Source: Candidatus Gastranaerophilales bacterium
Lineage (GTDB): Bacteria > Cyanobacteriota > Vampirovibrionia > Gastranaerophilales > Gastranaerophilaceae
NCBI GenBank assembly: GCA_944325575.1
Contig: CALVAR010000009.1
Coordinates: forward strand, 7,761-71,760
Reading direction: 5' to 3'
Length of the DNA stretch: 64,000 nucleotides
The notes beneath the pieces were generated by a model. That model made no database searches and was not told the origin of the DNA. It saw nothing but the letters and a program-made list of their open reading frames with translations. Of this stretch, positions 40,077 to 49,489 are shown piece by piece. Position numbers and translations under genes: made by a program. Each line of letters starts with the position of its first letter. Positions within the stretch are counted from its first letter, which is position 1.

Positions 40077-40733
40077 CTATTCTAGTACATATTCTTTTCC
40101 TGTTAAATCTGATATGACATCACACCATTGCTGCATCATATCGTCTATATTGTCGCTGTATGGGATTAATTTCCCTATTTTTATTGTTAAATTTGATGAG
40201 AAAGGCCATTTGGGTTTTTCATCTGCACCTATAATTGCAACAGGGAGTATGCCTGTTTTTGTAGCTTTGGCAAATGAAGCAAACCCTTTCGAGATTTTTT
40301 CTATCCTGTCTCCGGAATCTCTTGTCCCTTGCGGGAAAAGCCCAAGCATCCATTTTGTGTTTTTTATATTTAATGCTGTTTTAATAGTGGATACTTCTAC
40401 TTTATCTCTTCTTACAGCAAAAGCCCCGCAAAAATCCATCAGCAGTCTTGAAAAAAACTTTTCAAATAATTCTTCTTTTGCCATAAAAGCAATAGGCAAA
40501 TCCAATGCAAAGGGTAGTAAGAAAGGATCTCTGCCGGAAATATGATTTGCCGCTACGATAAACTTATCCTCATCAGGTATATTTTCTTTACCTTCAACTT
40601 TATAGTTGTACATCAATTTTATATAAGCACCAAAAAATATATTACAGGTCAACCACTGGAAAAAAGTCCTGAACTTATTATAAAATTTGACGTCTCTTTT
40701 TGAAAAAGCACTCATTTGTAATTTCCTCAACAA
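40077..40733 (-). CDS. plsC: 1-acyl-sn-glycerol-3-phosphate acyltransferase family protein (tandem paralogue)
   Basis: AANHISGRDPF (HX4D), FPQGTRD, ILPVAIIG blocks. It is collinear with the neighbouring paralogue. Confidence 0.8.
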   Translation of the reverse strand: MLRKLQMSAFSKRDVKFYNKFRTFFQWLTCNIFFGAYIKLMYNYKVEGKENIPDEDKFIVAANHISGRDPFLLPFALDLPIAFMAKEELFEKFFSRLLMDFCGAFAVRRDKVEVSTIKTALNIKNTKWMLGLFPQGTRDSGDRIEKISKGFASFAKATKTGILPVAIIGADEKPKWPFSSNLTIKIGKLIPYSDNIDDMMQQWCDVISDLTGKEYVLE

Positions 40734-40797
40734 GTCTTTTAAAGTACTTTATACTATTGTAGCAAAAATAGTTTGTTAAAGCCAATAAGCCTGTTGT

Positions 40798-41877
40798 CTA
40801 TAATTTCATTGCTTTAAGGATATCAGCAAGCTCAGATGATGTCTTTTTTACTTCACATCCGGAGTATTTAATTGCTGAGTCGGGATCTTTCAAGCCGTTT
40901 CCGGTGAGTATACATACGATTTTTTTACCATTTTCAATAAGTCCGAGTTTTTGGGCTTTTATAACACCTGCAACAGATGCTGCACTTGCAGGTTCTGCCA
41001 ATATTCCCTCGCAAGAAGCTATAAGTTTATATGCTTCTATAATCTGTTCATCATTTACAAAATCAATGATACCTCCTGACTTATCACGTGCATTTTCTGC
41101 TTGTTTCCAGCTTGCTGGGTTGCCTATTCTTATTGCTGTTGCTATAGTTTCGGGCTTCATAATCCTTTCCCCTTTCACTATTGCGGCAGCACCTTCCGCT
41201 TCAAACCCCATCATTTTGGGAATATGTGTAGATTTGCCGATAGAAAAGTATTCTTCATAACCTTTAAAATATGCTGTTATGTTTCCGGCATTTCCGACAG
41301 GTATAAAGTGATAATCGGGTGCATCACCAAGTGCATCGCAGATTTCAAATGCGCCGGTTTTTTGACCTTCTATTCTGTAAGGATTAACTGAGTTTACAAG
41401 AGTAACAGGATATTTTTCCGAAATTTCTATTACTCTCTCCAGTGCTTCATCAAAATTGCCTTTTATTGCAATAATTTCAGCTCCGTACATCATAGCCTGC
41501 GAAAGCTTGCCAAGAGCAATATATCCGTCGGGTATGAGCACATAAGTTTTGAGACCTGCTTTTGCTCCGTATGCGGCCGCTGCAGCGGAAGTATTTCCTG
41601 TTGAAGCACAAATAATAGCTTTTGCTCCGGCTTCTTTGGCCTTTGTAACAGCCATTGTCATTCCTCTGTCTTTAAAACTGCCTGTCGGGTTTGCACCTTC
41701 AAATTTCAGATAGATTTCGCAATCAAGTCCGATTTTTTTTGCCAGATTATCAGCCTTTATTAATGGTGTATTACCTTCATTAAGCGTTACAATTTCGGTT
41801 GTATCGCTTACGGGGAGATATTCTCTGTATCTGTTTATCAAGCCGTTGTAATGACCTGATTGTTGAAATTTACTCAT
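40798..41877 (-). CDS. thrC: Threonine synthase
   Basis: PLP-Lys block [24 protein letters not shown], and the C-terminal GNGLKDP block. Confidence 0.93.
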   Translation of the reverse strand: MSKFQQSGHYNGLINRYREYLPVSDTTEIVTLNEGNTPLIKADNLAKKIGLDCEIYLKFEGANPTGSFKDRGMTMAVTKAKEAGAKAIICASTGNTSAAAAAYGAKAGLKTYVLIPDGYIALGKLSQAMMYGAEIIAIKGNFDEALERVIEISEKYPVTLVNSVNPYRIEGQKTGAFEICDALGDAPDYHFIPVGNAGNITAYFKGYEEYFSIGKSTHIPKMMGFEAEGAAAIVKGERIMKPETIATAIRIGNPASWKQAENARDKSGGIIDFVNDEQIIEAYKLIASCEGILAEPASAASVAGVIKAQKLGLIENGKKIVCILTGNGLKDPDSAIKYSGCEVKKTSSELADILKAMKL

Positions 41878-41882
41878 TTTAT

Positions 41883-43160
41883 TTACTCCATTACTCTTAT
41901 TATGTTATTTATTTTCAGGATATTTGAATTTTTTTCAAGTTCACTGATTGCGGATTTAATATTTTGTTCTTTACAGGATTCTGTTATTACAACTATATCA
42001 GCTGTGTTTTCAACATCAATGCCCTTTTGCAGTACGCTTGCAAGGCTGATATTATGCCTTCCGCATATCTCTCCTATACTTCCTATCACACCCGGCGTGT
42101 TGGATGCCGTAATAGCAATATAATACTTATTTTGCGTATCATTTATATCTACTTGCAGTGCATTTACATTATGAGCACATTTCATTAAAGGCAGCATTTC
42201 ATTTGAACCGATACTTTTACTAATAGCAAGAATATCACCCAGAACGGAACTTGCTGTCGGGAACATGCCTGCCCCGGGGCCTGCAAACATTACCCTGCCG
42301 ACAGGAAAACCTTCCAATACTACACTGTTTGTTACACCGTTTATACTTGCCAGACAGTCTTTTATAGGAACAAGCATCGGATGTACTCTTACATCAGCCT
42401 TGTTGTCCTCTGTAAGTTTTGCGAGCGCTATAAGTTTTATTCTGTAGCCCAGATCTTTTGCAAATTTCATATCCCTTGCACAAATTTTTGTTATACCTTC
42501 TCTGTAGATTTTATTTATATCGACTCTTTGATTAAGCGCTATAGTTGCAAGAGTAGCAATTTTGTAAGCGGAATCAAAGCCTTCTACATCTCCAGTCGGA
42601 TCTGTTTCGGCGTATCCCAGTTTTTGTGCTTCTTTTAGAACTTCTTCATAGGAGACGCCGTCTTTTTCCATTTTTGTTAGAATATAATTTGTTGTGCCGT
42701 TCAGTATAGCTTCTATAGTGTGTATTTTATTGCCTGCCAGAGTGGTTTTTATAGGCATAATTATCGGAATGCCTCCGGCTATAGCAGCTTCATATAAGAT
42801 AACGGTATTATTTTCATTTGCCAGATTAAAAAGTTCCTGACCTTTTTTGGCAAGAAGCTCTTTATTGGCCGTAACTATATGCTTGCCGTTTAGAATAGCC
42901 GTTTTTAATAAATCATAAGCCGGCTCTACTCCGCCTATTACTTCTACTACTATATCCACTTCAGGATTATTGACTATTTCATACGGATTGTCCGTCAGCA
43001 GGGATTCATCAAGATTTTCGATATCTCTTTTTTTGTTGAGATTTTTAACTGCAATTTTAGCTATTTCAATATTATCAAAGTTTTTTAAAACTTTTACTAC
43101 ACCGGTACCGACAGTACCAAGACCAATCAATCCTATTTTTACTTTAGTATTATGTTCCAT
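41883..43160 (-). CDS. hom: Homoserine dehydrogenase (with C-terminal ACT domain)
   Basis: [13 protein letters not shown] Rossmann motif, [38 protein letters not shown], and an ACT-like tail ([22 protein letters not shown]). Confidence 0.93.
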   Translation of the reverse strand: MEHNTKVKIGLIGLGTVGTGVVKVLKNFDNIEIAKIAVKNLNKKRDIENLDESLLTDNPYEIVNNPEVDIVVEVIGGVEPAYDLLKTAILNGKHIVTANKELLAKKGQELFNLANENNTVILYEAAIAGGIPIIMPIKTTLAGNKIHTIEAILNGTTNYILTKMEKDGVSYEEVLKEAQKLGYAETDPTGDVEGFDSAYKIATLATIALNQRVDINKIYREGITKICARDMKFAKDLGYRIKLIALAKLTEDNKADVRVHPMLVPIKDCLASINGVTNSVVLEGFPVGRVMFAGPGAGMFPTASSVLGDILAISKSIGSNEMLPLMKCAHNVNALQVDINDTQNKYYIAITASNTPGVIGSIGEICGRHNISLASVLQKGIDVENTADIVVITESCKEQNIKSAISELEKNSNILKINNIIRVME

Positions 43161-43244
43161 TAACTTTCCCCGTGATATTTAATATTATTATATGTAATTA
43201 AACCATAAAAACACAAAGAAAATAGAGTGTTTTGTTGGAACAAT

Positions 43245-43282
43245 AAACAAAAAAAATAAAGGGCACTTATTGTGCCCTTAAA
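43245..43282 (-). terminator. Rho-independent terminator for the 43332-44612 gene (minus strand)
   Basis: AAGGGCAC (43259-43266) / GTGCCCTT (43272-43279). On the minus strand it is followed by TTTATTTTTTTT. Confidence 0.6.
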
Positions 43283-43331
43283 ACCTACCATACCTTATTA
43301 TAAACCGAGGAATAAATTAATTTTATTTATA

Positions 43332-44612
43332 TTATGCTTCTCTGCCGTATATTGCTTCTTCTGTTTCAGCTATTACTTTTCTGAGGTTATCAAAAGCTGT
43401 TATACATTTACCTTTTGGCGATTCTGCACTGTCTTTTTCTCCAAGTGCATTATTAGCATCTGTAAGAGACTGCATAGCTGCATTCATTTGAGCGACAGCT
43501 GCGTCAAGTGCTGCTTTTTGTTCATCTGTACAGCTTGACAGATTTTTGATATCTATTACTCTTTCGTTTAATTTTTCAACTACTTTATCAAGTACCGGTT
43601 TGGCGTTATCATGTCCAAACGGATTATTTGATTCACCTGAATTGTCATAGTGGTCAAAATCACCCCAGAATTTCTTAATCCAGGTATTGCCATCAGGATC
43701 AATTTTATCATATGCATCTAAGAACTCAATAATATTATATTTACTTGTTTCTTCTAATGAACTTCTTAATTTTGATTTATTTGTTGCCGGACCGTCCATT
43801 GCTATATATGATAATTCTGCAGCACCGCTCATATCAGCAACATGTCCGTCTGTATAATTGGGTGATCTTGTTGCTTTTGTGGGTTGGGTTGGCTCTGTAG
43901 GTTCTGTTGGTTCATCGCCAATTTTGCCTGTATGAGCTTGTATAATTTTCTTTAATGTAATAAAGTCGTCTCTGTCGATTTTTCCTGTTTTGGCATATTT
44001 ACCGGCTATTTCACGGATTTTATTAAATTCTTCTTCACTTAATTCAGGATTTTCATTTGTCATATAATCGTTAATCAAATCCATCAATCTTTGAAGCATA
44101 GTTACTTCTGTTCCGTCTTCAAGTTTGATTTTTTCATCAAACGCGGATTTCCATTTCGGGTCAGCACCTAATCTTCCGATGAATGAAGATACATCTGATT
44201 CGTCTATTTTAGATGCAAAGCCTGAATTATTATTGTTACCGTTATTTACGGAACCGTTATTATTTGCATTATTAACCGGGAAGAAATTATTCCAGTTTAT
44301 ATTATTATTAGTGCCTGAAGAAAGACCCATCATCATGTTTTGATACCATGCTGACATATTTGCCATATAACTATTTAAAACAGGCATCCATTTGGAATTA
44401 AGAATCGCTACCTGATTTACAAGGTTGTTGGTATTAACATCAAAATTGAATAATCCTATATCATTCAATATACCAATTGAGTCTTGAGGATACATTCCGG
44501 AAAGATCATAAGACCATAAGCTTGTCGGCATTGCACTGTATCCTGTAGCTATTGTATCAGGTATCCAGTAATTACTATTTCCGTTAATTCCAATTCCGTT
44601 AACCGTAGTCAT
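43332..44612 (-). CDS. Hypothetical Asn-rich protein
   Basis: Long ORF with RBS (aggggac). It has an N-rich low-complexity tract, a PTEPTEPTQPT linker and a helical C-terminal half. No signal peptide or known domain recognised. Confidence 0.5.
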   Translation of the reverse strand: MTTVNGIGINGNSNYWIPDTIATGYSAMPTSLWSYDLSGMYPQDSIGILNDIGLFNFDVNTNNLVNQVAILNSKWMPVLNSYMANMSAWYQNMMMGLSSGTNNNINWNNFFPVNNANNNGSVNNGNNNNSGFASKIDESDVSSFIGRLGADPKWKSAFDEKIKLEDGTEVTMLQRLMDLINDYMTNENPELSEEEFNKIREIAGKYAKTGKIDRDDFITLKKIIQAHTGKIGDEPTEPTEPTQPTKATRSPNYTDGHVADMSGAAELSYIAMDGPATNKSKLRSSLEETSKYNIIEFLDAYDKIDPDGNTWIKKFWGDFDHYDNSGESNNPFGHDNAKPVLDKVVEKLNERVIDIKNLSSCTDEQKAALDAAVAQMNAAMQSLTDANNALGEKDSAESPKGKCITAFDNLRKVIAETEEAIYGREA

Positions 44613-44845
44613 AATCTTGTCCCCTAATATTCCTTTAAAATTGTTTCCTCGAAAATAAAGACTTTTATTATTCAGTCTTTTTGAATTCCTCGTTCCTGTA
44701 TTAATATAAAAAATTTTTCTGTTTAAAAATTGCCTTTTGAGAACAGAATCTGTTTACAAAACTTAACATAACCTTTAAGATGTCTGTAATTGTTTTCATG
44801 CTAGAATCTTACATGTAATTGTTATAAATAAGAGGTTAGTAAATT

Positions 44846-46525
44846 ATGACAGAATTATCACCTTTACAAAAAGCAAGATTGGCTTTTAAACCGGTATTGC
44901 CCTCTACTCTGGCTGCAGGTATTAAAAAAGTTGCAGTTATAGAAGGCGACAAAACAGAGTGTGTAAAAGATCAAGAACAAATTAAAAGACTTTTTGAAAA
45001 CACATACGGAAAATGTACTGTTACTTTTAAATCCGGTGATGAACAAAGTTTTGCAGCAAGAAATGTGGGCGTAATCCTATCAGGCGGTCAAGCTCCCGGC
45101 GGCCACAATGTTGTTGCAGGTCTGTACGATGCACTAAAACAGGCTAATCCCGAAAGCAAATTATACGGTTTTCTTGGCGGACCTTCCGGTATTATCGATG
45201 GCGAATATATAGAATTAACCGATGAAATTATTGATGCATACAGAAACACCGGCGGTTTTGATATCATAGGTTCCGGCAGAACAAAACTCGAAACAGAAGA
45301 ACAGTTTGAAAAATCTCTGGCAAACTGCAAAAAGCTAAATATTTCAGGCATTGTTATTATTGGCGGTGACGACTCTAATACAAATGCCGCAATGCTTGCT
45401 GAGTGGTTTGTTTCTAAAAATGCAGGTATTCAGGTTATCGGCTGTCCAAAGACAATTGACGGTGACTTGAAAAATGACCAGATTGAAATTTCATTTGGCT
45501 TTGATACAGCAACAAAAACTTATGCCGAACTTGTCGGTAATATCCAAAGAGACGTTAATTCTGCAAAGAAATACTGGCATTTTGTTAAAGTTATGGGAAG
45601 AAGCGCTACCCATGTAGCTCTGGAAGTAGCTTTACAAACACAGCCGAATATTACTTTAATTTCCGAAGAAGTTGAAGAAAAGAAAATGTCATTGAGACAG
45701 ATTGTTGATTATATGGCTGATATCATTGCAAGACGTGCAAATGACGGCAAAAACTTTGGCGTTGCATTGATTCCTGAAGGGTTAATCGAGTTTATCCCTG
45801 AAATGAAAACAATGATTGCAAACCTCAATGATGTAATGTCAACTTTGGAACAGGATGCTTCTTACAATAAACTTACTGTTCCAGCTGACAGATTTAACTT
45901 TATTGAAAGCAGACTTGAGCCTGATAATGCAAAAGTTTTTGAATCTCTTCCTGTATTGATTAAAGCACAGCTGCTTATGGACAGAGACCCTCACGGAAAT
46001 GTACAGGTTTCTAAGATAGAAACAGAAAAACTCTTAATCGAAATGATTAAGGTGAAACTCGACGAAATGAAAGCCCAGGGCGAATTTATGGGCAAATTCT
46101 CTGACCAGTGCCATTTCTTTGGTTACGAAGGCAGATGTGCATTCCCGTCTAACTTTGATGCTAATTACTGCTATGCATTGGGCTACAATGCTTATGCTTT
46201 AATCCAATCAGGTTTGACAGGATATCTTTCTTCCGTAAGAAATCTCACAGCTCCTTCTACAGAATGGATCGCTGGTGGTGTACCTCTTACGATGATGATG
46301 AATATGGAAAGACGTCACGGTCAAATGAAACCGGTTATTCAAAAAGCACTGGTGAGATTGGACGGACCTGTGTTCAAGAAACTCGAAGCAAACAGAGAAA
46401 ACTGGGCTATGAACGACGAATACGTTTTCCCGGGCTCTATTCAATACTGGGGTCCAAGCGAGGTTTGTGATATCACTACACAAACTCTTAAACTGGAAAG
46501 AGAAGCAGCATTGGCTTCTGTATAA
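44846..46525 (+). CDS. pfp: Diphosphate--fructose-6-phosphate 1-phosphotransferase (PPi-dependent PFK, long type)
   Basis: [25 protein letters not shown] (Asp where ATP-PFKs have Gly), PKTIDGD (Lys typical of PPi enzymes), VMGRSA. 559 aa. Confidence 0.92.
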   Translation: MTELSPLQKARLAFKPVLPSTLAAGIKKVAVIEGDKTECVKDQEQIKRLFENTYGKCTVTFKSGDEQSFAARNVGVILSGGQAPGGHNVVAGLYDALKQANPESKLYGFLGGPSGIIDGEYIELTDEIIDAYRNTGGFDIIGSGRTKLETEEQFEKSLANCKKLNISGIVIIGGDDSNTNAAMLAEWFVSKNAGIQVIGCPKTIDGDLKNDQIEISFGFDTATKTYAELVGNIQRDVNSAKKYWHFVKVMGRSATHVALEVALQTQPNITLISEEVEEKKMSLRQIVDYMADIIARRANDGKNFGVALIPEGLIEFIPEMKTMIANLNDVMSTLEQDASYNKLTVPADRFNFIESRLEPDNAKVFESLPVLIKAQLLMDRDPHGNVQVSKIETEKLLIEMIKVKLDEMKAQGEFMGKFSDQCHFFGYEGRCAFPSNFDANYCYALGYNAYALIQSGLTGYLSSVRNLTAPSTEWIAGGVPLTMMMNMERRHGQMKPVIQKALVRLDGPVFKKLEANRENWAMNDEYVFPGSIQYWGPSEVCDITTQTLKLEREAALASV

Positions 46526-46542
46526 AACAGTACGGAATATAA

Positions 46543-46578
46543 AACAAAAGCGGATAATTATATCCGCTTTTGTTTTAT
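46543..46578 (+). terminator. Rho-independent terminator after pfp
   Basis: AAAGCGGATA-ATTA-TATCCGCTTT, a perfect 10-bp stem, followed by TGTTTTATT. Confidence 0.7.
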
Positions 46579-46608
46579 TATAATATCTGTTAATCTTAAG
46601 TAGTATTT

Positions 46609-46806
46609 ATGAAATATAGCAAAAAACAAAATGAAAACTGGAAAATTTGCAGCTTTTGCAAATACATAAAAAGATGTTCCGTCGGTCAGGACCGTATAAA
46701 GGATCTTGCTGACAATCCAGTGGCATATAATGACATAGGCTGTTTTAATTATGAAATTTATAAGACGTCTGTGAATACATCAAAGCAGCTCGGTCTGTTT
46801 AAATAA
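46609..46806 (+). CDS. Small Cys-containing hypothetical protein (65 aa)
   Basis: ORF only. It has a CSFCKYIKRC motif and is followed by a hairpin terminator. Weak evidence for coding. Confidence 0.3.
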   Translation: MKYSKKQNENWKICSFCKYIKRCSVGQDRIKDLADNPVAYNDIGCFNYEIYKTSVNTSKQLGLFK

Positions 46807-46807
46807 A

Positions 46808-46835
46808 AAGCCCTCTTTAAAAAGAGAGCTTTTTA
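46808..46835. terminator. Bidirectional hairpin between convergent small ORFs
   Basis: AGCCCTCTT-TAAA-AAGAGAGCT (one mismatch), flanked by an A-run and a T-run. Confidence 0.5.
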
Positions 46836-46839
46836 TTTG

Positions 46840-47124
46840 TTATTCTTGATATTCAGATAGTGCATCGTTAAATGAAGCTTCATCAACTGCACCGTCATCA
46901 TCCGTATCAAAATCGACTGCGCTGAAGCACATTTTTAGTCTTGTAAGTTCAATACCGGACAATTTTCCGTCATTGTCCACATCAAAACTTTCAAATTTAT
47001 TGTCTTTAACAAGTTGTTTCATTTTTTCAGTCTGTTTATCAGCTGCGTCTGTTTTTGCAGCGCTTGGTGCTGCTGTGTTGATAGAATTAATCGGATCCAT
47101 ATTAGCTCTCCTTATTTTTTGCAT
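46840..47124 (-). CDS. Small EF-hand-type calcium-binding protein
   Basis: Two Ca-loop-like motifs, DVDNDGKLSGIE and DFDTDDDGAVDE (DxDxDG pattern). RBS AGGAG. Confidence 0.55.
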   Translation of the reverse strand: MQKIRRANMDPINSINTAAPSAAKTDAADKQTEKMKQLVKDNKFESFDVDNDGKLSGIELTRLKMCFSAVDFDTDDDGAVDEASFNDALSEYQE

Positions 47125-47303
47125 AACAAAATTACTACATTATTATAAAAAATTTTTATTATCTTGAATTTCAAGAAATTACCCAAAATTTACAAAAGTA
47201 TGCCAAAATAAGAAACCTAAATACTGCTTGACATGTCAGTGTGTGCCCGATACTATATATATTGCGGATGATTTTGGTATCCGGTAAATAAAAAACTGAA
47301 TAT

Positions 47304-47379
47304 TGGGGCGTCGCCAAGTGGTAAGGCAGCTGGTTTTGGTCCAGCCATTCCGGAGGTTCGAATCCTTCCGCCCCAGCCA
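47304..47379 (+). tRNA. tRNA-Gln (anticodon UUG), CCA encoded
   Basis: Acceptor stem TGGGGCG/CGCCCCA with U1-A72 and discriminator G (typical of bacterial tRNA-Gln). Anticodon stem GCTGG/CCAGC with loop TTTTGGT (anticodon TTG). T-arm GGAGG-TTCGAAT-CCTTC. 3' CCA present. Confidence 0.9.
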
Positions 47380-47383
47380 AAAA

Positions 47384-47410
47384 AAGCTCTCGTAAGAGGG
47401 CTTTTTTGTT
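47384..47410 (+). terminator. Terminator after tRNA-Gln
   Basis: AGCTCTC-GTAA-GAGGGCT (one G-U pair) followed by TTTTTTGTTTTT. Confidence 0.6.
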
Positions 47411-47490
47411 TTTACTGAAGGATTCTTCGAATCCCCTCTCGAAAAACGATACTCAATCGTTTTTCTCGGCAGAGTGCCCCAGAAAAATAA

Positions 47491-47516
47491 AAAGGTCTAC
47501 AATGTAGACCTTTTTA
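47491..47516. terminator. Bidirectional hairpin downstream of the RAYT gene
   Basis: GGTCTAC-AAT-GTAGACC with an A-run upstream and TTTTTATTTT downstream. Confidence 0.5.
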
Positions 47517-47552
47517 TTTTTCTATTGGACGTTGGATGAGAACCGTAGTTGT

Positions 47553-47577
47553 GTAGGGTGCAATTTATTGCACCACC
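47553..47577. repeat. REP hairpin (family 2), left flank of RAYT
   Basis: GTAGGGTGCAATTTATTGCACCACC; the hairpin is GGTGCAAT/ATTGCACC. It matches the reverse complement of 48141-48165 at 24 of 25 positions. Confidence 0.8.
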
Positions 47578-47595
47578 AATATTCAAACAATCGAT

Positions 47596-48135
47596 TTATT
47601 CATAATCGAGTTGTTGAATTTTATATTTATCATCGATATTACACCAATTTGTATCATAACAATTGTTTTTGACAAATTTTTTAAAAGAAGAATATAACCA
47701 ATCTTTTGGTGCTATATTGTAATGCTTAAATGAATTGTAATGAATATAATCAATGTGCTTGTTTAAATCTTCTTCATCCCTTATTATATGGTCATAATAT
47801 CTTCTTTGCCAAACGCCTTTCTCACCTCTTTTTAGCGCAGACTCCGACAGATTGTTACAAATATATTTATCAGGAATATTTGTAGAAAAATGATACTTAA
47901 TTGTTCTCATTATTTTAGGAATATCTTCTGCGCACCGTGGCGATATTATCATATGACAGTGGTTTTGTAATACGGTTATTGCAATGATTTGAAATTTGTA
48001 TTTACATTTTGCATGTATAAAACAATTTCTTAAAATATCAATGTTAGGAATCAGGATATTTTTTCTGTTGTAAGTAACAAAAGTTATAAATACGGGATTT
48101 TGTGAATTAATAAAATAACGTCTGTAATTGCTCAT
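47596..48135 (-). CDS. REP-associated tyrosine transposase (RAYT; IS200/IS605 TnpA-like Y1 HUH enzyme), apparently intact
   Basis: 179 aa. HUH motif in TVLQNHCHMII and Tyr motif in IDYIHYNSFKH. It is flanked on both sides by inverted copies of a 25-nt palindromic REP. Confidence 0.85.
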   Translation of the reverse strand: MSNYRRYFINSQNPVFITFVTYNRKNILIPNIDILRNCFIHAKCKYKFQIIAITVLQNHCHMIISPRCAEDIPKIMRTIKYHFSTNIPDKYICNNLSESALKRGEKGVWQRRYYDHIIRDEEDLNKHIDYIHYNSFKHYNIAPKDWLYSSFKKFVKNNCYDTNWCNIDDKYKIQQLDYE

Positions 48136-48140
48136 AAAAT

Positions 48141-48165
48141 CATTTTACAAGATGGTGCAATAAAT
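48141..48165. repeat. REP hairpin (family 2), right flank of RAYT
   Basis: GATGGTGCAATAAATTGCACCCTAC, the inverted partner of 47553-47577. Confidence 0.8.
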
Positions 48166-48524
48166 TGCACCCTACATACTGTAAGCTCAATACTTGACAA
48201 GTATGCGATTGTAGTAAATAATGTAAATACAGGGTGGCAGCTTGCCAAGCTAGCCAACAGCCCTTAGAGGTTTGAACGGTTCTTATCTATTTTGATGAGA
48301 GCCGTTTCTTAATATGAATAGAATCAATAACAATAATATTAAAGTTAAATTGATATTTTCCATATCAGCCCCCTTTCTAGCGGGAACCAACCCGAGGTTT
48401 GAATTAAGTTGTGGTTGTTCCGTTTCGAAAGAGCTGTCTTTTAACCCTGCAGGTATATAATACTATAACCCGCCTTGTGTAGTCTATTCTTGCGCCAATG
48501 TGATTTTAGCTGTGTAGCAGTGCA

Positions 48525-48547
48525 GAGTGCAATAAATTGCACCCTAC
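48525..48547. repeat. Third REP (family 2) copy, same orientation as 48141-48165
   Basis: GAGTGCAATAAATTGCACCCTAC followed by the short tandem GGGCTACGGGC. It sits 21 nt from the stop of the last glycan-locus gene. Confidence 0.7.
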
Positions 48548-48568
48548 GGGCTACGGGCAAAGACAAAT

Positions 48569-49486
48569 TTAATAAAATTTAAGAAATTGATACTTCTCTG
48601 AATATATTATCAACTGAGTTTTTGATGCTTCTTGATAAAATTTACCATACTTAATATTATTAGAATCTAGTTTTTCAAATATTAATTTTGCAGTATTTTT
48701 TTCGCCAATTCGTTCTGCGTCGTCAAGTATAATAATAAAATCATTAGCTAAATTTTGCGGAATTAAATCCAGAATATTTGTTCTCGGATAAGTTCTGTTA
48801 AAGCCAAACGGACCATCTATAATAATTAAATCATATTGCACGTTTTCTGTAATTTCCTGTAAGTTGTAATATTTATCATTAGCAGAGTTATTTAAATCAA
48901 ATGATTCTAAGTCTCTTTTAATAATATTTATATTTTCAGCTTCCGGCAGCTCCTCTTTCATTATATTTATCCAATTTTCATCGTGGTCAATAGTTTGAAG
49001 ATTACAATTTGGATTTTTAAATTTTGCATATTGCGCGGTAAGTTTTGTAGTTTGCCCCAATCCAAACTCGAGAATATTCTCTGGTTGTATCTTATCTAAA
49101 ATAATAAGTAAAATATACAAAAATGAATAAGTCGCTGCTCCCTTTGTGGGTATAAACTCTTTATTCTTAATCCAGTCTTTGTTTTGAATCAGATTATTGA
49201 AAATCATTCCTTTAAAGAGTTCTTCATTTTGTTTTTGTATACATTTTAAATATAATTCGATTTTTGTATTAGCTATATTAGAAAAAGTATTGAAATCTTC
49301 TTTCATTGAAGATAGTTTGTCAAATACTGAATTTTCAAGATTCTTGAATTTGTACTCAATAAATGCCTGTTTTTGTTTTTCTTTAATCAGTGTTTTATTT
49401 CTGAGTTTAATTTTTATTCCGCAGATAGTGATTATCTTGTGAATATTTCGATTTTTGACGGAAAAGATTGTTTCTAAAATTTTCAT
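48569..49486 (-). CDS. Class I SAM-dependent methyltransferase-like protein with N-terminal IFSxKN..GIKIK motif
   Basis: ENILEFGLGQTT (motif I-like), DLIIIDGP (post-I/II-like), IIILDDAERIGE. The N-terminus is MKILETIFSVKNRNIHKIITICGIKIKLRNK. Confidence 0.6.
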   Translation of the reverse strand: MKILETIFSVKNRNIHKIITICGIKIKLRNKTLIKEKQKQAFIEYKFKNLENSVFDKLSSMKEDFNTFSNIANTKIELYLKCIQKQNEELFKGMIFNNLIQNKDWIKNKEFIPTKGAATYSFLYILLIILDKIQPENILEFGLGQTTKLTAQYAKFKNPNCNLQTIDHDENWINIMKEELPEAENINIIKRDLESFDLNNSANDKYYNLQEITENVQYDLIIIDGPFGFNRTYPRTNILDLIPQNLANDFIIILDDAERIGEKNTAKLIFEKLDSNNIKYGKFYQEASKTQLIIYSEKYQFLKFY

Positions 49487-49489
49487 TAT

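Noticed and set aside
47171-47380. 69-aa minus-strand ORF (MAGAEGFEPPEW...)
   Set aside because: It is the antisense translation of tRNA-Gln (the GFEP string is the usual T-arm artefact) plus intergenic sequence.
47553-48547. Repeated palindromes considered as a possible CRISPR array
   Set aside because: There are only three copies, in mixed orientation, with irregular spacing (563 and 359 nt). One spacer is a complete transposase gene, and no cas genes are present. They behave as REP sequences.
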